Assembly: GCF_000039765.1 (NCBI RefSeq)
Contig: NC_004459.3
Span: 2,001,127 to 2,033,126 of the forward strand
From: Vibrio vulnificus CMCP6
GTDB lineage: Bacteria; Pseudomonadota; Gammaproteobacteria; Enterobacterales; Vibrionaceae
DNA length: 32,000 bases
Direction of reading: 5' to 3'
Position numbers and translations under genes: made by a program. The notes beneath the pieces were generated by a model that was not told where the DNA came from, searched no databases, and saw only the letters and a list, made by a program, of their open reading frames with translations. Shown here piece after piece: positions 17,091-24,266 of the stretch (positions are counted from its first letter, which is position 1; each line of letters opens with the position of its first letter).

Positions 17091-18347
17091 CTATACATCA
17101 CCGTAGAAGTTGTGTTTAGGAACGGGGGTGGCAGTGGCTGCATTGGATACTCCTAAACCAATAGAAGAAACTACCGCACGATTTTTCGCTCGTCGTTCAG
17201 TCAGAGTGTCCGCAAGTTTGGCTTGGATGCCTCTTGCTGCTTGAGAACCAAACATTTCTCTTGAGCGCTCAATGGTTTTATCAAGCCCTTGATCTAATTC
17301 AAGTAGTTTTGCTAGGTCTTCAGTAACCTGCGTATACCACGCTTTAAATGCTTGGGGTAACATCGGTTTCTCATGCCATTTATCTGCAAAATTCTCCGTA
17401 GGAAGTGCTGGGTTACGAATAGTGTACTTTAAAGTACCGTCAGACTGATATTGATGGGAAATGAAGTTTGGCATTTCTTCAAGTACATCTAACATCAGAT
17501 CAAATGGGTTGTGGTATTCCTTGTTAGAGTTTGAGCACTTTTCATAAGCTAGACCTGCTAGAGTCGTAATAATTATGCTTATTGGTGCGCAATCGCCATA
17601 AGCGTTCTGCTTATTTTGTTTCCACATGTCTCTATGTCGCTTGAGAAGCTGAACTACAATCTGAAGTACAGTCTTTCGACCCTGACCAGGTAACGGTTCT
17701 ACTGTCCCCGCATGTATATCATTATTAGATCTGTAGTTGCTTTTTCTATTCCAGCGAATCTCTTTACTACACGCGCTTCGGAACCACTTCCTATATCCGT
17801 ATGGATGAGAAGGACTATTGGCATCCTTGATGTCTGCAACTCTCACTTTGCTCTTATGGTTTGGCGAGTCCATATCTTCAGGCATGCTAGGGGTGATGTC
17901 CATGTGGAACCCCTGGCCTTCGATACCTCCATATTGCAGAGTGACACATCTGCGTTTTGGCATATTCTCTATTTTGTCACCGTATCGTTGAGAGTCTTTC
18001 AGCACTCGTATCAAATTGAAGAGTAGCTCGTTGGCTTCATCAGTAGTTGTTGGATAGTGCTGACTTGGTAAGTGGAGCACCAGATCTATATCCATGTCTG
18101 AGTCTTCATCAATCGGTTTTACGGATGTGCCAATACCAACACTACCTTGAGCATAAATGTGGCATTCCGCTAGCTTGCCCCCCTGGTTTGCCAAGTAGGA
18201 TCCGATTGCTCGGTAAGCCGTCTTCAATTGAGACAACTGTGTTTCGGTCAAGTCTAGGTTCGATGTGATATGAGAGATCATCTCGAAACAAAATTCTTTA
18301 TCGCTTGCACTTAGTTGTCTTAGTGATTTGAAACCTTGATCTTGCAC
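17091..18347 (-). CDS. Pol-beta superfamily nucleotidyltransferase, CD-NTase/SMODS-like (putative signal synthase)
   Basis: 418 aa. G68-S69 ... D84-M-D86-I-D88 ... FHMD149ITP is the GS/DxD/D catalytic layout of cGAS/DncV-like NTases. GTG start preceded by AGGAGA at 5-nt spacing. Confidence 0.7.
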   Translation of the reverse strand: MQDQGFKSLRQLSASDKEFCFEMISHITSNLDLTETQLSQLKTAYRAIGSYLANQGGKLAECHIYAQGSVGIGTSVKPIDEDSDMDIDLVLHLPSQHYPTTTDEANELLFNLIRVLKDSQRYGDKIENMPKRRCVTLQYGGIEGQGFHMDITPSMPEDMDSPNHKSKVRVADIKDANSPSHPYGYRKWFRSACSKEIRWNRKSNYRSNNDIHAGTVEPLPGQGRKTVLQIVVQLLKRHRDMWKQNKQNAYGDCAPISIIITTLAGLAYEKCSNSNKEYHNPFDLMLDVLEEMPNFISHQYQSDGTLKYTIRNPALPTENFADKWHEKPMLPQAFKAWYTQVTEDLAKLLELDQGLDKTIERSREMFGSQAARGIQAKLADTLTERRAKNRAVVSSIGLGVSNAATATPVPKHNFYGDV

Positions 18348-18401
18348 AGCTATCTCCTAGTGGTTTTGGTTGGTTAATAACCGATTATACCGATTGAGAT
18401 T

Positions 18402-18431
18402 ATTATGATAGATCGAAATGATACGTGTCAA
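18402..18431 (-). promoter_or_regulatory. Candidate sigma70 promoter of the NTase operon
   Basis: On the minus strand: TTGACA (18431-18426), 18-nt spacer, CATAAT (18407-18402), ~55 nt upstream of the GTG. Confidence 0.45.
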
Positions 18432-18458
18432 TGATCTTTTTGTGTATTTGTTTTGTGT

Positions 18459-18468
18459 TGTAATTACA
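18459..18468. promoter_or_regulatory. Perfect 10-bp palindrome TGTAATTACA in the divergent intergenic region (candidate WYL-regulator operator)
   Basis: Self-complementary. Overlaps a possible -35 (TTACAC, 16-nt spacer, TACGAT) for the WYL gene. Flanked by related TACGTGTCAATGAT / TACACGTGATGAT elements. Confidence 0.3.
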
Positions 18469-18520
18469 CGTGATGATTTTTTTGCTACGATCTGGCTAGA
18501 TTGAACAATGGATACGCATC

Positions 18521-19423
18521 ATGGAAAACAGTTCTCAAGCAGACATCACATCAGAGACAACCTCTATTAACGCTCGTTTAGCTTATATTGACTTTAAGTT
18601 GTTTTTTACAGGGCGTGTTAGTCGGGCTGATCTTAAAGATGCGTTTGGAATTGCAGAAGCAGCCGCTTCCCGAGTTCTTACTGAATACTCCAAACGTAGG
18701 CCAAACAACAAAACTCAAAAAACGAATACGATTATCAGGAAATCCTTCGAACCATTGACAGATATAGATGGTGAATTGGCGCTTGGCATGCTTGCCAATG
18801 GATTTAATAGCAACAAGATCTTCGGTGTTACTGAGCTTGCCTATGAAAAGATTGGCAAGTTTCCCAACCAAATGAATACCAATGAAGTCGCTATGATTAC
18901 TAGGGCGATATCGGGTAAGTATGCGATTTCCTGCAACTATCTTTCTGAAAACAGCTCTAATCATCAAACTAGAACCTTAGTTCCGTTGGCAATTATGTAT
19001 GATGGAACCAGTTGGATGTTCAGAGCATTTGATCGTTCAGAAGTCAAAAAGAATAAATTTAAAAACTTCCATTTTGCTCGTGTTAGGAATGTGGTTGAAG
19101 AACATGAATCTAAGGAGTCTAGGCAGCATGATCATGAGGCTTTAGCTCAAGATAAGCTGTGGAACTTAAGGTTACCTTTGATCTTAAAACTCCACCCCTC
19201 GTTGTCAGAGATGGACAAGCAAAAAGTAAGAACTGACTTTGGTATACCTGAAGATAAAGATGAGGTTTATGTTACAGAGAAAGCTGCATTTAGATGGATT
19301 GTTGAGAAAAAGTGGTATATCGATGCTCGGTCAAATGAAGAAAAGCGAGAGGATAAGCAAAGTCGTTTTTATAAGTTCGAGCTAAGCAACTTGGAAATGA
19401 TAAAACAAATGGAACAGGCCTAA
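18521..19423 (+). CDS. WYL-domain transcriptional regulator (CapW/BrxR-like: wHTH, WYL, C-terminal extension)
   Basis: 300 aa. N-terminal HTH-like RADLKDAFGIAEAAASRVLTEY. WYL-type core LVPLAIMYDGTSWMFRAFDRS...FKNFHFARVRNV. Divergent from the NTase operon. Confidence 0.7.
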   Translation: MENSSQADITSETTSINARLAYIDFKLFFTGRVSRADLKDAFGIAEAAASRVLTEYSKRRPNNKTQKTNTIIRKSFEPLTDIDGELALGMLANGFNSNKIFGVTELAYEKIGKFPNQMNTNEVAMITRAISGKYAISCNYLSENSSNHQTRTLVPLAIMYDGTSWMFRAFDRSEVKKNKFKNFHFARVRNVVEEHESKESRQHDHEALAQDKLWNLRLPLILKLHPSLSEMDKQKVRTDFGIPEDKDEVYVTEKAAFRWIVEKKWYIDARSNEEKREDKQSRFYKFELSNLEMIKQMEQA

Positions 19424-19610
19424 ACCTAAACCACACTAATAAATTTGAATCCGATAACTTGAGATTGTTCGGTTAAAAACAACTTTTCGACCTGTTGATT
19501 GAATTTCTTTTTACTTCAATGGCTTTGGACTGGTTTGAATCTGTAAAAGCGTGATGCTGACTACTTTGTATCGGGGAATAGAGACGGTGGTATTGTTGCT
19601 AGATAGAAGT

Positions 19611-19635
19611 CTCTTGCAGCCGAGGGCTGCAAGAG
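19611..19635. terminator. Hairpin between the convergent WYL gene and hsdS
   Basis: 11-bp perfect stem ctcttgcagcc/gag/ggctgcaagag. Weak T-tracts, so its terminator function is uncertain. Confidence 0.4.
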
Positions 19636-19688
19636 TTGTCGATGTTAGCTTGAGAGGTTTTTGTTGGCGATATTGTAGAGACTCATAG

Positions 19689-21371
19689 TTATACTGCTCG
19701 CTCAACAATTGCATCGGTGAGGTGTAATTGGGTGATTTGAGACTCTCGAAGTCTGACTTTTAAGCGCTCACATATACTGAGCAAGTCACTAACTTTTTCT
19801 GTGATACGGACTTGTTCATTTAGAGGAGGAAGCGGTAAGTGCATTTCACCAACATCACTCAACCTAAAGCTATTTTTAATACCTCGTTGTGGAGCATCAA
19901 ACTGATATTTAGCTAGTGGAGACCTCATAAAATCAGGGAAGTATTTTCCTTGGCATTCTGGCATAAATCGTAATAAGCACGTATGTTGGTTTATGTATGC
20001 TTCACCAAACTCTTCAGGAATTAATCCCAAGTTACCGACATCACCTGTTATGGAAATTAATAGATCTCGCGCCTCCAATTTAGTTCGAGAGCCTTCGCCC
20101 CCTTTAGGTGGGCGTACAAACCTTAAATTGTCTAAACGCAGCTCGTAGCTGCCTCGGGATAAATTGCCCATGGTGACAAATAGAGCACCAGAGTCAGAGT
20201 AATATTTAGCCCAATCTCGAGAACCCGATGTAGTAAATAGAGCTACATCTTGAATTCGACACCACTCCCAGCCACTCGGCAGTTCAAACGGCTTTTCATC
20301 TTCAGCAATCGGCGGCAGCGCTTTTTGCTTCTTGATTTTCTTATCTTTGACTAACTGCGCTTTTTCATCCGCAATTCTTTTCAGTAACTCAGCAGCAGGC
20401 TCATCGCTTGGATCTTGTGGAACCAACTTACCCATTACCGCCAGTTGTAAGATGGTTTGTTTAAGCTGGTCGATACTCTCTTCAGTGCTGAATAAGGTAT
20501 CGAAATGCTCACTGATTCGCGCCCAGTTTTGCATTAACTCGTCAGCATCGGCAGAGTTGGTGAGTGTGTCCAACAGTGTTGTTACCAGCAATTGATGCGC
20601 TTCAATACTGGCTTCGGTTTGCTGCTCTAGTTGGTCGCAGAGCGCCATTAGCTCATCGACTTTGGCGACGATGCGGTGTTGCTCGTCGGAAGGGGGGATA
20701 CAAACTACTAGCGCGTTAGCTTCATTTCTATTTAAGCCTGGTTTTATACCCTTTCCGAGTGAGTCTAACCCTAAAGTTTGTAAATGTAGAAAACAATACT
20801 TAAGGCTTATACCTACAGGTGGTATTAAGCTGTAGGCTACATCTGTAACCCAGCAAGGTTGGTCACTTAAATTAATTGCACCCGCAGATCCTTTACGACC
20901 GATAACGAGACAAGGGCTACCAACAGAAAAAAGATTGTGAGTCCCTACAGAACCATTAGAGCCATAGACTAAAAATTCACCACTTTCAGTACGTTTTGCT
21001 TTTGGGAGATTATCCCCATAAACCAAGCTATAAATATCACCAAAATAACAAGCTTGCCAACCTTCTGGTAAAGCAAACGTTATATCTTGTTTTTTAATAG
21101 CAGGGAGCTTTTTGGGCTTTGTAATTTTTTTTTCTTTAATTAACTGCGTTTTTTCCTCTGAAATCCGTTGAAGTAAAAAAGATGCAGGTTCATCGTTTGG
21201 GTTTTGAGGAACGAGTTTGCCGCGAACTGCTAGTTCTAAAATTAGCTCACGCAGCTTCTTAACACCGTAAAGCTCTAGTTTCTTGCTGCTACCGCGACCA
21301 GAGGTCGATTTGGTCTTTACTGCCGAAGTCCAGATATCAATATGCTCGGTAATCAGGTTTTCGACTGCCAT
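19689..21371 (-). CDS. hsdS: Type I restriction-modification specificity subunit HsdS
   Basis: 560 aa with two variable TRDs. Two copies of the conserved spacer LAV(R/M)GKLVPQ(N/D)P(N/S)DEPA..LL.RI..EK.QL(I/V)K(E/D)KKI.K.K.LP. 1-nt overlap with the hsdM stop. Confidence 0.9.
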   Translation of the reverse strand: MAVENLITEHIDIWTSAVKTKSTSGRGSSKKLELYGVKKLRELILELAVRGKLVPQNPNDEPASFLLQRISEEKTQLIKEKKITKPKKLPAIKKQDITFALPEGWQACYFGDIYSLVYGDNLPKAKRTESGEFLVYGSNGSVGTHNLFSVGSPCLVIGRKGSAGAINLSDQPCWVTDVAYSLIPPVGISLKYCFLHLQTLGLDSLGKGIKPGLNRNEANALVVCIPPSDEQHRIVAKVDELMALCDQLEQQTEASIEAHQLLVTTLLDTLTNSADADELMQNWARISEHFDTLFSTEESIDQLKQTILQLAVMGKLVPQDPSDEPAAELLKRIADEKAQLVKDKKIKKQKALPPIAEDEKPFELPSGWEWCRIQDVALFTTSGSRDWAKYYSDSGALFVTMGNLSRGSYELRLDNLRFVRPPKGGEGSRTKLEARDLLISITGDVGNLGLIPEEFGEAYINQHTCLLRFMPECQGKYFPDFMRSPLAKYQFDAPQRGIKNSFRLSDVGEMHLPLPPLNEQVRITEKVSDLLSICERLKVRLRESQITQLHLTDAIVERAV

Positions 21372-22861
21372 TATTGTTCTCCACCTTGCTTTTTACCTTG
21401 AATGGTAGAGCTAAGAGCATCACCGAGAATGCTTTTCAGTTGGTCACGCAGTGCTTTGATGTCTTGTTGTTGCTGCTGATAGTTCGCCAGCAACTCTTCA
21501 GGGTCATGGCTGACGACTTCGTCCTGATACGGGTTTTTAATATCAAGGTTAAAGTTGCGCTCGATAATATCTTCAATCGACACTTTCCAAGCTTGCTTGG
21601 TCTCGATGCGGCTAGCGAATCCATCTGCCTCGTTGCCCCACCAATCGATCTCTTGCTGGAACTCCTCAAACTTCATCGGTTTGGTTTTGCTGTAGTTCTT
21701 CACGCCTTCTGGGTAAGGGTGCTCATAGAACCACACTTCTTTGGTCGGTTGGCCTTTGGTAAAGAACAGAATGTTGGTCTTAATACCTGTGTATGGGTTG
21801 AACACGCCATTAGGTAAGCGAACAATCGTGTGCAGGTTACACTCTTCCGTCAGCATCTTTTTGATTTTGGTTTTTACACCTTCACCAAACAAGGTGCCAT
21901 CAGGCAACACTACACCTGCGCGACCCTCTTTATCCAATACTTCGACAATAAGTTGCAAGAACAAATCGGCCGTTTCACGAGTTTGCATTTCGGCAGGGAA
22001 GTTCTTTTCAATCCCGTCCTCTTCTGTACCGCCAAACGGTGGGTTAGTCGCAATCACGTTGATATTGCTATCCCAACTTGAAAGCGGCTTATTGAGCGTG
22101 TTGCCATGCTTAATCTGCACAGGGACTTCGATGCCGTGGAGCATCATATTGGTGATACACAGCAAATGTGGCAGTTGTTTCTTCTCTACACCATGAATTT
22201 GCTTTTGCAGTGTTTGGTGGTCGGCTGCGCTTGTCACGTAGTTCTCTTTGACGTGATCGAACGAGCAAGCTAAGAAACCGCCCGTGCCGCAAGCGGGATC
22301 CATAATTTGCTCACCTAGCTTTGGATCCAGTCTGTTGACGATAAAACGAGTCACCGCGCGAGGGGTATAGAACTCACCCGCATTACCTGCACTTTGTAGG
22401 TCGCGTAGGATTTGTTCATAGATATCACCAAACAGGTGGCGTTCTTTAGAGTCAGTAAAGTCGATTTCGTTGAGCTTGTTAATCACTTGACGAAGCAGTG
22501 TGCCATTTTTCATGTAGTTGAAGGCATCACTAAAAGCTTCTTTCACCACAAAACCGCGTGGGTTGGTGTCTTTCGGTGCGGTTAGGTTTTTTAACGTCGG
22601 GAATAGGTCATCATTGATAAATTCCAGCAGCTCGTCACCTGTAATGCCTTGGTTATCTGCCGCCCAGTTACGCCAAAGGTACTTGGCTGGGATGGGTTCG
22701 CGGTAATCATCTAACTCGAACTCTAGCTCTTCCTCTTGGGCATCAAACACTTTAAGGAATAAAAGCCACGACATTTGGCCTAGACGCTGCGCGTCACCAT
22801 CAACACCCGCATCTTTACGCATGATGTCTTGAATAGACTTGATAACTGAACTGATTGACAT
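21371..22861 (-). CDS. hsdM: Type I R-M N6-adenine DNA methyltransferase HsdM
   Basis: 496 aa. HsdM N-terminal domain (IQDIMRKDAGVDGDAQRLGQMSWLLFLK), SAM motif DPACGTGGFL, catalytic NPPFG. Confidence 0.95.
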   Translation of the reverse strand: MSISSVIKSIQDIMRKDAGVDGDAQRLGQMSWLLFLKVFDAQEEELEFELDDYREPIPAKYLWRNWAADNQGITGDELLEFINDDLFPTLKNLTAPKDTNPRGFVVKEAFSDAFNYMKNGTLLRQVINKLNEIDFTDSKERHLFGDIYEQILRDLQSAGNAGEFYTPRAVTRFIVNRLDPKLGEQIMDPACGTGGFLACSFDHVKENYVTSAADHQTLQKQIHGVEKKQLPHLLCITNMMLHGIEVPVQIKHGNTLNKPLSSWDSNINVIATNPPFGGTEEDGIEKNFPAEMQTRETADLFLQLIVEVLDKEGRAGVVLPDGTLFGEGVKTKIKKMLTEECNLHTIVRLPNGVFNPYTGIKTNILFFTKGQPTKEVWFYEHPYPEGVKNYSKTKPMKFEEFQQEIDWWGNEADGFASRIETKQAWKVSIEDIIERNFNLDIKNPYQDEVVSHDPEELLANYQQQQQDIKALRDQLKSILGDALSSTIQGKKQGGEQ

Positions 22862-22899
22862 GGAGTTCTACTGCTAATTGACTGAAAAAATTGGGGCTG

Positions 22900-22908
22900 A
22901 TTATAGCA
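22900..22908 (-). promoter_or_regulatory. Extended -10 element TGCTATAAT upstream of hsdM
   Basis: Minus-strand TGnTATAAT ~40 nt upstream of the hsdM ATG. No good -35. Confidence 0.35.
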
Positions 22909-23024
22909 GAAATGGGTCGAAGAAAATGAACTTATCGCTATGAAACTATGTTTGTAATTGTGGTTTAATAATGAATCAGTGATATAAATTAAATAATAAA
23001 AAATATAATCAGGTTGTCTAGAAA

Positions 23025-23423
23025 ATGAAGGTTGAGTGTCCCCATTGTCACACTGACAATGTTATTGAATATGCAGAGAATATCTCGTGTGAGAAGTGTG
23101 AAAAAAGCTTCAAAGGCTTTAAATTTAGTAAACGGAAACTGGTGTCTGCCAGTACGGCATTGGTCGTGGGCGTGGTTGGTGGTTATAAGGTGAATGGTGC
23201 TTTTGATGAAGAGCGTTACCCATTAGAAGTAGAGTATGCCATCGTTGATACCTGCATAAACTCGTCAAAAAATATGGTGTCGGTGAGTTGGTATGAGAGT
23301 AAGCGAGAAACGTGTTTATGCGCTCTTTCACAAACGGAAAAGTCTGTGCCGTATTCCGATTACAAATCTGATCAAAACTTGTTTTTGAGTAACTTCAAGC
23401 TGAATGCGAGAAGTTGTTCATAA
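23025..23423 (+). CDS. Hypothetical zinc-ribbon / single-pass membrane protein
   Basis: 132 aa. CPHC-x15-CEKC ribbon, one hydrophobic helix (SASTALVVGVVGGY), Cys-containing C-terminal domain. Confidence 0.5.
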   Translation: MKVECPHCHTDNVIEYAENISCEKCEKSFKGFKFSKRKLVSASTALVVGVVGGYKVNGAFDEERYPLEVEYAIVDTCINSSKNMVSVSWYESKRETCLCALSQTEKSVPYSDYKSDQNLFLSNFKLNARSCS

Positions 23424-23426
23424 TAG

Positions 23427-23455
23427 AAAAATGAGGCAGCTAGACTGCCTCATTT
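23427..23455. terminator. Bidirectional terminator
   Basis: atgaggcag/ctaga/ctgcctcat with an A4 tract upstream (a T-run on the minus strand). Follows both the 132-aa gene (+) and the small-ORF pair (-). Confidence 0.55.
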
Positions 23456-23468
23456 ATATCTAATGTGC

Positions 23469-23579
23469 TTAGCGTTTAGGTGTGTTGCCTCGACCTTTGC
23501 CTGAAGGCTTGCCAGTTGTGCTTGGGTAGTTTGGATTACCTTTCGGCGCAGTCTTTGGTGCAGAACTTGGTTTTGCCAT
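23469..23579 (-). CDS. Unannotated 36-aa Pro/Lys/Gly-rich basic ORF
   Basis: MAKPSSAPKTAPKGNPNYPSTTGKPSGKGRGNTPKR. GGAG lies 8 nt upstream, overlapping the stop of the preceding 49-aa ORF. Followed by a terminator. Confidence 0.35.
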   Translation of the reverse strand: MAKPSSAPKTAPKGNPNYPSTTGKPSGKGRGNTPKR

Positions 23580-23590
23580 GATGGTTACTC

Positions 23591-23740
23591 CTATTTACCT
23601 TGTTTTTGGTTGTTGGCAGCAGCGCGTTGAGCGCGAGCCGCGAATGAATCTTTAGAGACTTGTCCGCCATTTTGTTTTGCTTGATTCGCTTGAATACGAG
23701 CAGCGGCTTCAGGAGTCATTGGTGCTTTGTTTTTAGACAT
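23591..23740 (-). CDS. Unannotated 49-aa hydrophilic Ala/Gln-rich ORF
   Basis: MSKNKAPMTPEAAARIQANQAKQNGGQVSKDSFAARAQRAAANNQKQGK. AAGGA lies 7 nt upstream of the ATG. Reminiscent of a single SMP/LEA-type repeat (memory only). Confidence 0.45.
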   Translation of the reverse strand: MSKNKAPMTPEAAARIQANQAKQNGGQVSKDSFAARAQRAAANNQKQGK

Positions 23741-23815
23741 AGTATTTTCCTTTTCATTAATTGAATGCTTGTCTCCGCTGAGACCATTGCATAGTAACTA
23801 GTAGGGTAGGGACAA

Positions 23816-24184
23816 ATGGGGACAACCCAAAAACAAAAGCAAATTCGAACTATGTTGGATGCGTTAGGCTGGAGCCATAAGCAACTGGCCGATGTTCTTT
23901 ACGAAGAACTTCAGTGTTCTGAATATGAAGACATAGAAGATGCTTCCCCTCAGGAAATTCGGAAGTTTAGAGAGGTTCTCAAGAAGCAGTTACAAAGGGA
24001 ATCTACCCCAGAAAGTCGGCTTGAACAGTACGTGAAAATCATTTCGGAACATCCAGATTTTGTTGCATTGGGGTTGGATGTCGTGGTTCCAAAATACGTT
24101 AACCATAGATGCTTGAATGAGGATTCGCTTGCAGGGCTAGCAGAGATATCCAGTTGGCTGGATGATAGGGAGCAGGTAGGTTAA
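23816..24184 (+). CDS. Hypothetical protein with an HTH-like N-terminus
   Basis: 122 aa. IRTMLDALGWSHKQLADVL resembles an XRE-type helix-turn-helix. Divergent from the small-ORF pair. Terminator follows. Confidence 0.5.
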   Translation: MGTTQKQKQIRTMLDALGWSHKQLADVLYEELQCSEYEDIEDASPQEIRKFREVLKKQLQRESTPESRLEQYVKIISEHPDFVALGLDVVVPKYVNHRCLNEDSLAGLAEISSWLDDREQVG

Positions 24185-24210
24185 AAAACGGCTAAATAGC
24201 CGTTTTGTTC
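24185..24210 (+). terminator. Intrinsic terminator after the 122-aa gene
   Basis: aaaacggcta/aa/tagccgtttt followed by gttct. Confidence 0.55.
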
Positions 24211-24266
24211 TAATTTCTTGAGTTTGTTGGTTGGCCCAGTGAAGTCGAAAGTTAGACAAACTGTTG

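Noticed and set aside
19511-19714. 67-aa ORF between the WYL gene and hsdS
   Set aside because: It overlaps the hsdS 3' end and the intergenic hairpin, has no RBS and has an odd composition. It is probably not coding.
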